A DNA stretch of 64,000 bases from Rhodobacteraceae bacterium HLUCCA08 (GCA_001314655.1 LJSF01000014.1:1-64000); one strand, 5' to 3'. Numbered from the stretch's first letter, positions 18,399 to 28,919 are shown. Notes: generated by a model not told the origin, from the sequence alone. Numbers and translations: made by a program.

Positions 18399-20024
18399 AT
18401 GACCACTTACATCTACAATGCCTTTGAAGCCCTCAAGCATCCGGTTCTGCAAGACACCTATACCCACATCCAGTACCGTGATTTCCAGATCGTCGCGCCC
18501 GAGGACGAAACCGGGTTCACCCTGCTGGACCCTTCGGGCGGCGCCCTGCCCGAGCCGCCCCTCGACGTCGATTCCGAGCTCTATGACCTGCGTTTCGGCG
18601 AGTCCGGGATCTTTGTCGATGTCGACCCGGACCAGGACCTGGTGCGCAGCGTCCGCCTGGACTGGACGCAAGGCGTGGCCGTGAACCAGACCGATCTGCT
18701 GATCTTCGAGGATGACCAGCGCCTGCTGGTGATCGAACTTGGCGGCGACCCCCTGCCCGCCTTCGCCAGCGGCGCCGAATTCACCGGTTTCGTCGGCGGC
18801 GTCATCAGCGCCGACGGCACCGCCGGCGCCCCCTTCGACCCGGGCAGCTTCATTCCCTTCACCTCGCTCACCTCCCTGTTATCCACGACCGAAAACGACG
18901 CCATCTTCGGCACCCCGGCCGGCGACACGTTCTTCGGCGGGCTGGGCAATGACACGATCACGGGCGAGACTGGCAACGATACCCTTTTCGGCGGCGACGG
19001 TGCGGATCGTATCCTCGGCGATGACGGCGACGACACGATCTATGGCGGCGAGGGCTACGATGTTCTCTACGGCGGCGCGGGCGACGATGTCTTCTTCGGC
19101 GGGACCGGCTACAACCAGATGTATGGCGGCGCCGGGAACGACACCTATTTCGGCGGCGATGTGACCGGCGACCAGGTGAGTTTCATCGAGGCCAGCTCCG
19201 GCATTTCGCTTTACCTTGAATTCCCGGATCTCGACCTGGGCGGCGGAATGGGGGTCGACACGTTCTTTTCCATCGACCGCTTTGTCGGCTCGCCCCACGA
19301 TGACCGCATGGTGGGCGATGACAGCTTCAATCGCCTGTTCGGCGGGTCCGGCAACGACATCATCCGGGCGAATGGCGGCACCGGCAATTTCCTCAACGGC
19401 GGCAGCGGTGACGACGATATCCGCGGCTCGGACGGCGACGATACGGTCTACGGCATGCAGGGCCAAGACATCATCGCGACGCTCGACGGCGCCGACGTGA
19501 TCTACGGCGGTGACGAAGCCGACTGGATCTCGTCCGGGCGCGGCAACGACATCGTCCATGGCGACGACGGCGACGACACGATCCGCACCAATCGCGGCAA
19601 CGACACTGCCTATGGCGGCAGCGGCGCCGACGATATCCGCGGCGGCGGCGGCAACGACCTGATCCTTGGCGGCGGCGACGACGATTACCTGGTCGGCGAA
19701 AACGGCGCCGACACGCTGGACGGCGGGGCCGGCGACGACGTGTTGATCGGGGGCTTCGATGCCACCACGCCCGACGGGCTGACCGATACCTTCGTCTACC
19801 GCACCGGCGCGGATGGCGGCGGCTATGACCGCATCCGCGGCTGGGAGGACGGCATCGACGTGATCGACCTGACGGCGTTCGGCTTCACCGATTTCGACAC
19901 CCAGGTCGATCCCCTCGCGACCGACGTCGCGGCGGGCCTCAGGATCGATTTCGGCGGCGGCGACGTGCTGCTGGTCGAGGATTTCACCAGGGCGGATTTC
20001 GACGCCGGCGACGTGCTGATCTGA
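18399..20024 (+). CDS. RTX-family calcium-binding repeat protein (paralog 2) with the same C-terminal domain
   Basis: 541 aa with GGxGxD repeats. The C-terminal ~90 aa align with those of paralogs 1 and 3 (DTFVYRTGADGGGYDRIRGWEDGIDVIDLTAF...GLRIDFGGGDVLLVEDFTRADFDAGDVLI). Confidence 0.85.
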   Translation: MTTYIYNAFEALKHPVLQDTYTHIQYRDFQIVAPEDETGFTLLDPSGGALPEPPLDVDSELYDLRFGESGIFVDVDPDQDLVRSVRLDWTQGVAVNQTDLLIFEDDQRLLVIELGGDPLPAFASGAEFTGFVGGVISADGTAGAPFDPGSFIPFTSLTSLLSTTENDAIFGTPAGDTFFGGLGNDTITGETGNDTLFGGDGADRILGDDGDDTIYGGEGYDVLYGGAGDDVFFGGTGYNQMYGGAGNDTYFGGDVTGDQVSFIEASSGISLYLEFPDLDLGGGMGVDTFFSIDRFVGSPHDDRMVGDDSFNRLFGGSGNDIIRANGGTGNFLNGGSGDDDIRGSDGDDTVYGMQGQDIIATLDGADVIYGGDEADWISSGRGNDIVHGDDGDDTIRTNRGNDTAYGGSGADDIRGGGGNDLILGGGDDDYLVGENGADTLDGGAGDDVLIGGFDATTPDGLTDTFVYRTGADGGGYDRIRGWEDGIDVIDLTAFGFTDFDTQVDPLATDVAAGLRIDFGGGDVLLVEDFTRADFDAGDVLI

Positions 20025-20262
20025 TCGCGCGCCGCGCCCGGCTGGGTTCGACCCGCCGTGGCTGTCGTCCTGTCGCGGCGGTCCTTTTCAAGATCCGCAG
20101 CGATCGGGGCAGCAGCAGCAAGGCGCTGCTGTTCCCCGACCGCGTGGCCAAGGCGCAACGTGACGCGACGCGACCCGATTTGTGGCGCCCGGGCGCACCG
20201 AAACGCCATAGAATCGCCGTTAACCATGATTAACACGCCGTTAACCAAGGAGGCGTGTTTCC

Positions 20263-21945
20263 GTGTTCACCTATCGTTTCGACGGCTATACTTGGGTCGG
20301 GTCGCTGGCCAGTTTCAATACCGTTCTGAACCGGGTCAATTACAGTTTCGACAGCGATGCTGTGACCTATGACCTGACCGATGCGGGCCAGGCGATCCAG
20401 GGCGAACAACTGGTCGATACCGACCTGCCGACGATCACCGCGGATGAGGTCGGGTCGGCCAACAGCTACACTGTCGACCTGGTCACCGCAGGAAACGTGG
20501 AGACCCAGATCCAGGAAGTCTCCTGGACCTATTTCGGCGAAAGCTACACGACCTGGATCCTGTTCAGCCAGGACATGGTGACCGGCCGCGCCTTCCTGAT
20601 GGAGATCGGCGGGGACGAATTCCCCACCTTCACCCAGCGCGCCGACCTGCAGAGCCTGTTCAACACCGCGACCTTCAGCGACCCCAGCCCCGGATCGGGG
20701 TTCGAGCCGGGCGATACCGTCCCGATCGCCGAGATCGCCGAGGTGACGGCCACCGATACCGACGGCAGCGTCACCGACACCCCCTGGGGCGACTGGATCT
20801 ATGCCAGCGACGGCGCCGACATGATCACCGCCGCCAGCGGGACCGAGGCGGATACGCTCCATGCGCTGGATGGCGATGACACGATCACCCTGGGCACGGC
20901 CGGCGGCCTGATCCATGCCGGCGCGGGCGACGACACCGCCACCACCGCCGCGCAATCGGCAATCACCTTCTACGGCGAGGACGGCACCGACCACCTGACC
21001 AGCACCGGCACCGGCCGGGTCTATTTCCTGGGCGGGGCGGGCGACGACACCTTCATCGGCAATGGCGCCGACGACTGGGTCAGTTTCGCCGACCCGAACA
21101 GCTACGGCATCACGCTCTATCTGAAATGGACCGGGATGTTCGACCTGGGCAGCGGCCAGGGCACCGATACCTATGTCGGGATCGAGGGTGTTCTGGGCTC
21201 GGATGGCGACGACCGGATCATCGCCGACAAGGACTCGACCATCGGCATCACCGTGCATACCGGCTTCGGGAATGATGTCGTGAAGGGCACCGAGGGCAAC
21301 GACGTGATCGATGGGCGCGACAGCGACAGCCTCGTGGCTCATGGACGCGGAGGCGATGACATCATCATCGGCAGCGATTTCGGAGATGACACGCTGTTCG
21401 GGTATCACGGCGACGATACGATCGACGGTCTGGATGGCTTCGACTACCTCTATGGCGGCGCCGGCAACGACCTGCTGCGCGGCGGCGAGGGCGACGACAA
21501 CCTGCGCGGCAATCGTGGCAACGACACGCTCTTCGGTGGCGCAGGCCGCGACGACCTGCGCGGCGGTGCCGGCGATGATCTGCTCGAAGGTGGCAGCGAC
21601 AACGATTACCTGTTCGGCGAAAACGGCGAAGACACCCTGCATGGCGGCACCGGCAACGACGTGATGACCGGCGGCTTCGGTGCCGGGGTGCTGGACGGGC
21701 GGACGGATGTCTTTGTCTTCGCCTCGGCCGCCCAGGGCAGCGGCGGTGCCGACCGGATCAAGGATTTCGAGGACGGGATCGACAGCCTGGATCTGACCGC
21801 CTTCGGCTTCGCCAGCTTCTCGCAGATCAGCGCCCTGGCCAGCGATACCGCCTCGGGCATGCGGATCGATTTCGGGGATGGCGACACGCTGCTGCTCGAA
21901 GGGTTCCTGAAGGCCGATTTCGATGCGACCGACGTGTCATTCTGA
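20263..21945 (+). CDS. RTX-family calcium-binding repeat protein (paralog 3); likely GTG start
   Basis: 560 aa. The N-terminal 170 aa are non-repeat, followed by GGxGxD repeats and the conserved C-terminal domain (DVFVFASAAQGSGGADRIKDFEDGIDSLDLTAF...GMRIDFGDGDTLLLEGFLKADFDATDVSF). AAGGAGG lies 10 nt upstream of GTG 20263. Confidence 0.8.
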   Translation: MFTYRFDGYTWVGSLASFNTVLNRVNYSFDSDAVTYDLTDAGQAIQGEQLVDTDLPTITADEVGSANSYTVDLVTAGNVETQIQEVSWTYFGESYTTWILFSQDMVTGRAFLMEIGGDEFPTFTQRADLQSLFNTATFSDPSPGSGFEPGDTVPIAEIAEVTATDTDGSVTDTPWGDWIYASDGADMITAASGTEADTLHALDGDDTITLGTAGGLIHAGAGDDTATTAAQSAITFYGEDGTDHLTSTGTGRVYFLGGAGDDTFIGNGADDWVSFADPNSYGITLYLKWTGMFDLGSGQGTDTYVGIEGVLGSDGDDRIIADKDSTIGITVHTGFGNDVVKGTEGNDVIDGRDSDSLVAHGRGGDDIIIGSDFGDDTLFGYHGDDTIDGLDGFDYLYGGAGNDLLRGGEGDDNLRGNRGNDTLFGGAGRDDLRGGAGDDLLEGGSDNDYLFGENGEDTLHGGTGNDVMTGGFGAGVLDGRTDVFVFASAAQGSGGADRIKDFEDGIDSLDLTAFGFASFSQISALASDTASGMRIDFGDGDTLLLEGFLKADFDATDVSF

Positions 21946-22025
21946 TTTTCACGCTTTGGGAAACGATGAAACCATGCTGGATTGACACGGATCGGGCCGC
22001 CCGGATCGCTCCGGACGGCCCCTTG

Positions 22026-23172
22026 TCAATCGCGCAGGCGCACGATGTCGCCCAGCAGCCCCTCGGTCCCGTTATGGACCGTCAGGCGTTCCACCTTCCC
22101 GGCGATGGTCTCCAGCGCCTCAAGTTCCTTGAGCCGCAACATCACCGGATTGTCCGCCATCACCTTGGCGGTGTTCAGAAGCGAACGGGTCGCGTTCGTT
22201 TCCTCGCGCCGGCGGATGACGTTGGCCTCGGCCTGTTTCTCGGCCGCGACCAACGCCGTCAGGATGTCGCGCATCTCGCCCGGCAGGATCACGTCCTTCA
22301 GGGCGATCTCGGCCAGCTCGATCCCGATCCGCGCCATCTCGGCCCGGAGGGTCTCGGCCACCTGCGCATCCACCGCGCCCTTTTCGGCCAGCAGGGCATC
22401 CAGGGTCAGCGCCCCCAGCGCCTTGCGATAGGCCAGGGCCACGGCCCGGTGCAGCGCTTCCTCGAAATCGCGCACCCGGGTGACGGCCGCCTCCGGATCG
22501 GTGACCCGGTAGATCGCGGTCAGGTTGACCCGGATGGTCACCCGGTCACGGGTCAGAACCTCGTGCCCGGTCACCTCATGCGCCCGAAGACGCAGGTCGA
22601 CCTGTTTGACCGCGACATGGCGCCCGACCTTCCAGAAGCCGTGGGTCCCCGGGGGCAATTGCCCCATCAGGACCCCGTCCACCGACAGCATCCCGACATG
22701 CCCCTCGGCCACTTCGGTGGCGTTGAAAGCCGTGGTCAGCCCCGCCCGCACCAGGCGCCGCAACAGCGGGGCCGGCACCTCCAGCCGGTCGGTCAGCGGC
22801 ACCCGCTCGACCTCCCAGGGGCCCGCATCTTTCCACCAGACCGCGCGCGCCTCGGGCAGGACGACCTCGTGCAGCCGCCCGTCGCGGGTGATCACCGCCA
22901 GCTCCGCCGGCCCGGTCCGGACCTCGGTCAGATGCGCCGCGGCCAGTTCGGGCCGGTCGCGCCACAGCGCCCCGTCATAGGGCGACACGAAGCGGAGAAT
23001 GTTCAGATCATGCACCTCGCGCAGCACGTCGCGTGCCGCGATCCGGTGCCGCCCGGGGCCCAGGATCGTTTCGATCCGCCCCTCGCGCAGCACCAGCATG
23101 CGCTCGGTTTCCATCAGGGTGACCCGGGTATGCCCGGTCAGCCGGTCCAGGATATGTTCGATCAGTCGCATC
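22026..23172 (-). CDS. SPFH/band-7 (stomatin/slipin-like) domain protein
   Basis: I take the start at MRLIEHIL (ATG 23170-23172), which has a GGAGA RBS. The SPFH core and a coiled-coil C-terminus (AEKQAEANVIRRREETNA...) are present. The ORF track's additional 148 N-terminal codons are low-complexity and probably not coding. Confidence 0.7.
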
Positions 23173-23583
23173 TGTCGTCTCCGTCTTTCGTCGCCTATCG
23201 TCGTCGCAAAGCGCGATCTCCTATTGGTTTGGTTCGGTTGGGGCGGAACGCCCGCAGGTGTGACCGCGCCCGTGTCATTGGGGCGGGAAAGAACCCGGGA
23301 TCGCCCCGCGCCATGCCCCGGAACGGGAGGCCCGCGAGCGGGCCGCGCAATCCGAAGCGGCGCGTCCGGGCGGGCGAACCCTGCCGTGTGCGGCGCAACG
23401 GACGGCTTGGCCGTCATCGTGCGCTCCGGTCCCGGACCAGAGCAGGAACGGACCCTTGCCGCAGCCCACCCGAAGGCGGGCCCCGGCGCCGGATCCCCCC
23501 TGCTGGGACGACCCCGGATCCCGGTTTTCAACGCGTGGGACACGCGTGTCGGGGGATCGACCCCCGGATGCGTCCGCATCCTC

Positions 23584-23658
23584 CGTTGTGATGGCTGGAG
23601 TCGAACCAGCTCCACCTCGATTAGACGTCGAGTGCTCTACCAGATGAGCTACATCCTT
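23584..23658 (-). tRNA. Degenerate tRNA-like sequence (pseudo-tRNA; TCT-like anticodon region)
   Basis: The reverse complement shows a good D-arm (GCTCATCTGGTAGAGC) and T-arm (GCTGG-TTCGACT-CCAGC). The anticodon loop is CGTCTAA with G in place of U33, and the acceptor stem closes with only 4 of 7 bp. It is either non-functional or non-canonical. Confidence 0.4.
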
Positions 23659-23949
23659 GGCGTGACAGGCCAAACCCGCACGGTGCCCCGGCCCTGGCAT
23701 ACGGGGTTCGGCAAAGCCGCCCGCACCGGGAGAGTGATCACCTCTGCCCGCTAGGGTCCGAACCGATCCGGTCGGGAGCCGGGGTTTACGCCGCATCGGC
23801 GGCGTCGGGATAGCCGGTTTTTCCCGGGCCCCACGGCGCCGTGGCGCCAGCGCAACAAAATTGCGCTCCCACGCAACAAATGAAAAGGGCGGCAGCCCCC
23901 GGCCCCGCCCCTTCCGCACATCCGAACCGCTTTCAACCGGTCGAAAGTT

Positions 23950-25206
23950 TCAATCCGCGTCGCGGCCTTCCTCGGTATCGGACATGTCGAAGCCCAGATG
24001 GCGGGCCACGGTCTGCACATCCTTGTCGCCGCGCCCGCACATGTTCATCACGATGATATGGTCGGCCGGCAGCCCGGGCGCGATCTTCATCACATGGGCC
24101 AGGGCGTGGCTGGGCTCCAGCGCCGGGATGATGCCTTCGGTCCGGCAGGACAGCTGGAACGCCTCCAGCGCCTCGCGGTCGGTGATCGAGACATATTCCG
24201 CCCGGCCGGTTTCATGCAGCCAGGAATGCTCGGGCCCGATGCCGGGATAATCGAGGCCCGCGGAAATGCTGAACCCTTCCAGGATCTGCCCGTCCTCATC
24301 CTGCAGAAGGTAGGTCCGGTTGCCATGCAGCACACCCGGCCGCCCGCCGGTCAGCGAGGCACAATGCTCCATCTTGTCGTCGACGCCCTTGCCGCCGGCC
24401 TCGACCCCGATGATCCGCACCTCCGGATCGTCGAGGAAGGGATGGAACAGGCCCATCGCATTGGACCCGCCGCCGATCGCGGCGATCACCGTGTCGGGCA
24501 GACGGCCCGCGCCCTCTTGCTCGGCCAGTTGCCAGCGCACTTCCTTGCCGATGATCGACTGGAAATCGCGGACCATGGCCGGATAGGGGTGTGGCCCGGC
24601 CACGGTGCCGATGCAATAGAAGGTGTCGCGCACATTGGTGACCCAGTCGCGCAGCGCGTCGTTCATCGCGTCCTTCAAGGTGCCGCGTCCGCTGGTCACC
24701 GGGATCACCTCGGCCCCCAGCAGCCGCATCCGGAACACGTTGGGCGCCTGGCGCCGCACGTCATGGGCGCCCATGTAGACGACGCATGTCAGGCCGAACT
24801 TGGCACAGACCGTGGCGGTGGCCACCCCATGCTGGCCGGCCCCGGTTTCGGCGATGATCCGGGTCTTGCCCATGCGGCGGGCCAGCAGGATCTGACCCAG
24901 CACGTTGTTGATCTTGTGCGCGCCGGTATGGTTCAGCTCGTCGCGCTTGAGATAGACTTTGGCCCCGCCCAGCTCTTCGGTCAGGCGCTGCGCGAAATAG
25001 AGCGGGCTGGGCCGGCCGACATAATGTTTCCACAGGTCGTCCATCTCGGCCCAGAAATCCGGGTCGTCCTTGGCACGCTCGTATTCCGCCTCCAGGTCCA
25101 GGATCAGCGGCATCAGCGTTTCGGAGACGAAGCGCCCGCCGAACTTGCCGAACCGGCCCCGGTCATCCGGCCCGGTCATGAAGGAATTGATCAGGTCTTC
25201 GGCCAT
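23950..25206 (-). CDS. trpB: Tryptophan synthase beta subunit
   Basis: The PLP-binding region HTGAHKINN and GGGSNA are present, and the full 418-aa sequence is conserved. Confidence 0.95.
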   Translation of the reverse strand: MAEDLINSFMTGPDDRGRFGKFGGRFVSETLMPLILDLEAEYERAKDDPDFWAEMDDLWKHYVGRPSPLYFAQRLTEELGGAKVYLKRDELNHTGAHKINNVLGQILLARRMGKTRIIAETGAGQHGVATATVCAKFGLTCVVYMGAHDVRRQAPNVFRMRLLGAEVIPVTSGRGTLKDAMNDALRDWVTNVRDTFYCIGTVAGPHPYPAMVRDFQSIIGKEVRWQLAEQEGAGRLPDTVIAAIGGGSNAMGLFHPFLDDPEVRIIGVEAGGKGVDDKMEHCASLTGGRPGVLHGNRTYLLQDEDGQILEGFSISAGLDYPGIGPEHSWLHETGRAEYVSITDREALEAFQLSCRTEGIIPALEPSHALAHVMKIAPGLPADHIIVMNMCGRGDKDVQTVARHLGFDMSDTEEGRDAD

Positions 25207-25332
25207 CGCGCCCTCCCGGCATTTCCCGCCTGATCTAGCGCGCCCGGACCGGCCGGTAAAGCCGCCGCCCCGTCATCCTGGCCGAAAAACTCCCGCCGGA
25301 AGCTCCGGCCGGTGGCCACCAGGCACGGCGGT

Positions 25333-25992
25333 CTACAGCCTGGGCACGACCGGGCCGCGCGCCGCATCGACAAAGGCGCGGATCAGCCCGGGATCCTTCA
25401 CCCCCGGCGCGCTTTCCACCCCCGAGGACACATCGACCTGCCGCGCCCCGGTCAGCCGCACCGCCTCGGCCACGTTGCCAGGTGTCAGGCCGCCGGCCAG
25501 CATCCAGGGACGGGTCCAGTATTTCCGCCCCGCCAGCAGCCGCCAGTCAAAGGCGATCCCGTTGCCCCCGGGCAGATCGGCCCCGGGCGCCGGTTTCGCA
25601 TCGATCAAAAGCTGGTCGGCCACGCCGGAATAGAGGTCGATCGCGCCCAGGTCCTCCGCCCCCGAGACCCCGACCGCCTTCATCACCGGCAGGCCGTGGC
25701 GGGCGCGGATCGCCGCCACCCGCGCGGGCGTTTCGTGGCCGTGCAATTGCAGCATGTCCAGCGGCACGGCCCCCACCAGCGCGTCCAGCGTGGACTCATC
25801 GGCATCGACCACCAGCGCCACCTTGGCCACACCGGGCGGCACCTGAACGGCCAGCGCCGCGGCCTCGGTCACCGATACCGCCCGCGGGCTGCGGGCAAAG
25901 AACACGAAGCCCAGGTAAGCGGCCCCGGCCGATACCGCGGCATCGACCGCGTCGCGGGTTTTCAGACCGCAGATCTTCACGCGCACATCCAT
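25333..25992 (-). CDS. trpF: N-(5'-phosphoribosyl)anthranilate isomerase
   Basis: [19 protein letters not shown]... with 219 aa has the PRAI fold. Confidence 0.85.
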   Translation of the reverse strand: MDVRVKICGLKTRDAVDAAVSAGAAYLGFVFFARSPRAVSVTEAAALAVQVPPGVAKVALVVDADESTLDALVGAVPLDMLQLHGHETPARVAAIRARHGLPVMKAVGVSGAEDLGAIDLYSGVADQLLIDAKPAPGADLPGGNGIAFDWRLLAGRKYWTRPWMLAGGLTPGNVAEAVRLTGARQVDVSSGVESAPGVKDPGLIRAFVDAARGPVVPRL

Positions 25993-26065
25993 CAGGGATC
26001 TCCGACCGGGACGGCGGGCGGGGCGATGCCCCGGGCCCGGCCCGGGGCGAGCGGCGCCCGTCGGC

Positions 26066-26416
26066 TCAGGACGCCTTGTCCAGAATCGCCAGGACCTCGT
26101 CCTTGCCCTCGTGCTTCTGCGCGGTCAGCCGGTCCACCTCGCGGCGCAGGGCGTCGGCTTCGCGCTTGCGGGCGCGGGCCTCGGACCGGATCCGGTGCTC
26201 GCGCACCCATTCCCAAAGAAAGCCGACCAGCAGCCCGATCGCCACCCCGGCGAAGATCACCACGAACAGCGGCACCTGGATCGAGGTCGGGAACGGCACG
26301 AAGCGCTCCAGCCCCGCCGGCACCAGCGACAGCGTGGTCGGCTCCAGATTGGCCATCCCGATGAAGATCAGGCAGATGGCGACGATCGCCCAGAAGGCAT
26401 AGCGGATATAGGTCAT
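26066..26416 (-). CDS. lapA: LapA-family (DUF1049) inner-membrane protein
   Basis: There are two TM helices and a charged coiled C-terminus. Its position between ihfB and trpF is conserved in alphaproteobacteria. Confidence 0.6.
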   Translation of the reverse strand: MTYIRYAFWAIVAICLIFIGMANLEPTTLSLVPAGLERFVPFPTSIQVPLFVVIFAGVAIGLLVGFLWEWVREHRIRSEARARKREADALRREVDRLTAQKHEGKDEVLAILDKAS

Positions 26417-26425
26417 GGATCCAGT

Positions 26426-26707
26426 CTACTGCCCGTTCAGCCGGTCCCGCAACAGCTTCCCGGTCTTGAAGAAGGGCACGTGTTTTTCATCCACCTGCAC
26501 CGCCTCGCCGGTGCGCGGGTTGCGACCCATCCGCGCATCGCGTTTCTTGACCGAAAAGGCGCCGAAACCGCGCAGTTCGACGCGGTCGCCCTCGGCCATC
26601 GCCTCGATGATCCGGTCGAAGATCGTGTTCACGATTCGCTCGACATCGCGCTGATAAAGATGCGGGTTCTCAGCGGCGATCTTCTCGATCAGCTCCGAAC
26701 GGATCAT
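26426..26707 (-). CDS. ihfB: Integration host factor subunit beta
   Basis: [31 protein letters not shown]...[10 protein letters not shown] is a 93-aa HU/IHF fold. Confidence 0.9.
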   Translation of the reverse strand: MIRSELIEKIAAENPHLYQRDVERIVNTIFDRIIEAMAEGDRVELRGFGAFSVKKRDARMGRNPRTGEAVQVDEKHVPFFKTGKLLRDRLNGQ

Positions 26708-27019
26708 TGGGCTCCCCCCCGGGATTTCTTGTGTCGGACCGCGGCCCGGGTGTTCGGCCGCCCGACGACTATAGGCGCAAACACCGCCCGCACGAAATAG
26801 CAGACAGCGGCATTCGGCGCGCTTTTCGCCCCGATTCCCGCGACTTGGCCCGGTTTCGGCGATCTGCGACGCGGCAATCCGCGATGCCGCGATGCGGCGT
26901 GATGCCGGGGCTCCCCTCCCGATTCGGCCCGCTTCGGCCGTCCAATGGGCGCCCGGAACGCAAAACCCCCGCCGGATCTCTCCGGCGGGGGTATGAGCTC
27001 AGGCCTCAGGCCGGTGCGA

Positions 27020-28705
27020 TCACTTGTCGTCGCCGCCCTTCAGCGCGGCGCCCAGGATGTCGCCCAGCGAGGCCCCGGAATCGGACGAGCCGTACTGCTC
27101 CACCGCTTCCTTTTCCTCGGCGATCTCGCGGGCCTTGATCGACAGGCCCAGCCGGCGCGACTTGCTGTCGATATTGGTGACGCGCACATCGACCTTGTCA
27201 CCGACCTGGAACCGCTCGGGCCGCTGCTCGGCGCGGTCGCGGCTCAGATCCGAACGGCGGATGAAGGATTTCATGCCCTCGTATTCCACCTCGATCCCGC
27301 CATCCTCGATCGCGGTCACGTTCACGGTGATGATCGAGCCGCGCTTCACGCCGCCGATCGCATCCGCAAAGGGGTCGCCGTCCAGCGCCTTGATCGACAG
27401 GGAAATGCGTTCCTTGTCCACATCCACCTCGGTGACCTTGGCCTTGACCATGTCGCCCTTGCGGTAGTTCTGGATCGCATCCTCGCCGCGCTCGTCCCAG
27501 GACAGGTCGGACAGGTGCACCATGCCGTCGATCTCGCCGGGCAGGCCGACGAACAGGCCGAACTCGGTGATGTTGCGGACCTCGCCCTCGACCTCGGTGC
27601 CCTCGGGATGGGTTTCGGCAAAGACTTCCCAGGGGTTGCGCATGGTCTGCTTGAGCCCCAGGCTGACCCGGCGCTTGGCGCTGTCGATCTCCAGCACCAT
27701 GACCTCGACTTCCTGAGAGGTCGACACGATCTTGCCCGGATGGACGTTCTTCTTGGTCCAGGACATTTCGGAGACGTGAACCAGCCCCTCGACCCCCGGC
27801 TCCAGCTCCACGAAGGCGCCGTAATCGGTGATGTTGGTGACGCGGCCGGTATGCACCGACTCCAGCGGGAACTTGGCCTCGACCGCATCCCACGGATCGT
27901 CCTGCAGCTGTTTCATGCCCAGGCTGATGCGGTGGGTTTCCTTGTTGATCTTGATGACCTGGACCTTCACGGTCTCGCCGATCGACAGGATCTCGGAGGG
28001 GTGGTTGACCCGGCGCCAGGCCATGTCGGTGACGTGCAGCAAGCCGTCGACACCGCCCAGGTCCACGAAGGCCCCGTATTCGGTGATGTTCTTGACCACG
28101 CCGTCCACGGCCTGGCCTTCGGTCAGGTTGCCGATGACCTCGGCGCGCTGCTCGGCGCGGCTTTCCTCCAGGATGGCGCGGCGCGACACGACGATATTGC
28201 CGCGGCGGCGATCCATCTTGAGGATCTGGAACGGCTGCTTGAGGCCCATCAGCGGGCCGGCATCGCGCACCGGGCGCACATCGACCTGGCTGCCGGGCAG
28301 GAACGCCACGGCGCCGCCCAGATCGACGGTGAAGCCGCCCTTGACGCGGCCGAAGATCGCGCCTTCGACGCGTTCTTCCGCGGCATAGGCTTTTTCCAGG
28401 CGATCCCAGGCTTCCTCGCGCCGGGCCATTTCGCGGCTGATCACCGCTTCGCCACGGGCGTTTTCGGACGCGCGCAGGTAGACCTCGACCTCGTCGCCGA
28501 CGCTCAGGTCGGGCGCTTCACCGGGATTCGCGAATTCCTTGAGATCGACGCGGCCTTCCATCTTGTAGCCGACATCGATGATGGCCTGTCCCGCTTCGAT
28601 CGCGATGACCTTGCCCTTGACGACAGACCCTTCCTCGGGCGTGTCCATTTCGAAGCTTTCGTTCAGGAGGGCTTCGAATTCCTCCATGGATGCGTTCTGA
28701 GCCAT
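27020..28705 (-). CDS. rpsA: 30S ribosomal protein S1
   Basis: 561 aa with six S1 repeats. Confidence 0.95.
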   Translation of the reverse strand: MAQNASMEEFEALLNESFEMDTPEEGSVVKGKVIAIEAGQAIIDVGYKMEGRVDLKEFANPGEAPDLSVGDEVEVYLRASENARGEAVISREMARREEAWDRLEKAYAAEERVEGAIFGRVKGGFTVDLGGAVAFLPGSQVDVRPVRDAGPLMGLKQPFQILKMDRRRGNIVVSRRAILEESRAEQRAEVIGNLTEGQAVDGVVKNITEYGAFVDLGGVDGLLHVTDMAWRRVNHPSEILSIGETVKVQVIKINKETHRISLGMKQLQDDPWDAVEAKFPLESVHTGRVTNITDYGAFVELEPGVEGLVHVSEMSWTKKNVHPGKIVSTSQEVEVMVLEIDSAKRRVSLGLKQTMRNPWEVFAETHPEGTEVEGEVRNITEFGLFVGLPGEIDGMVHLSDLSWDERGEDAIQNYRKGDMVKAKVTEVDVDKERISLSIKALDGDPFADAIGGVKRGSIITVNVTAIEDGGIEVEYEGMKSFIRRSDLSRDRAEQRPERFQVGDKVDVRVTNIDSKSRRLGLSIKAREIAEEKEAVEQYGSSDSGASLGDILGAALKGGDDK

Positions 28706-28919
28706 GTGGCTGTATGTGTCCTTTGCGTTTCTATTCGGGCCAGGCGGTTGTCTCCGCCGGTCTTTCCTCGGTTTGCTCGGTCGATACGACGAAAAGCGGA
28801 ACAGGGCCGGTCATTCCGGCCCTGCCCGCCTGTCGCGGCTGTGCCGCCGCTTCGACGGGCGCGGGATAGCCCCATTCGGCCCGACAATCAAGGTTTTTCG
28901 CCCCGTTGCCCCTGCGACA

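Noticed and set aside
15438-21945. Contingency-locus or phase-variable repeats in RTX genes
   Set aside because: The GGxGxD-coding repeats are degenerate at the DNA level. I saw no long perfect tandem tracts comparable to those in the poly-acidic genes.
21966-23591. 541-aa plus-strand ORF, and the 148-codon 5' extension of the slipin ORF
   Set aside because: It is antisense to the SPFH-domain gene. The translation is Arg/Pro/Gly-rich with no domain signal. The true slipin start with an RBS is at 23172.
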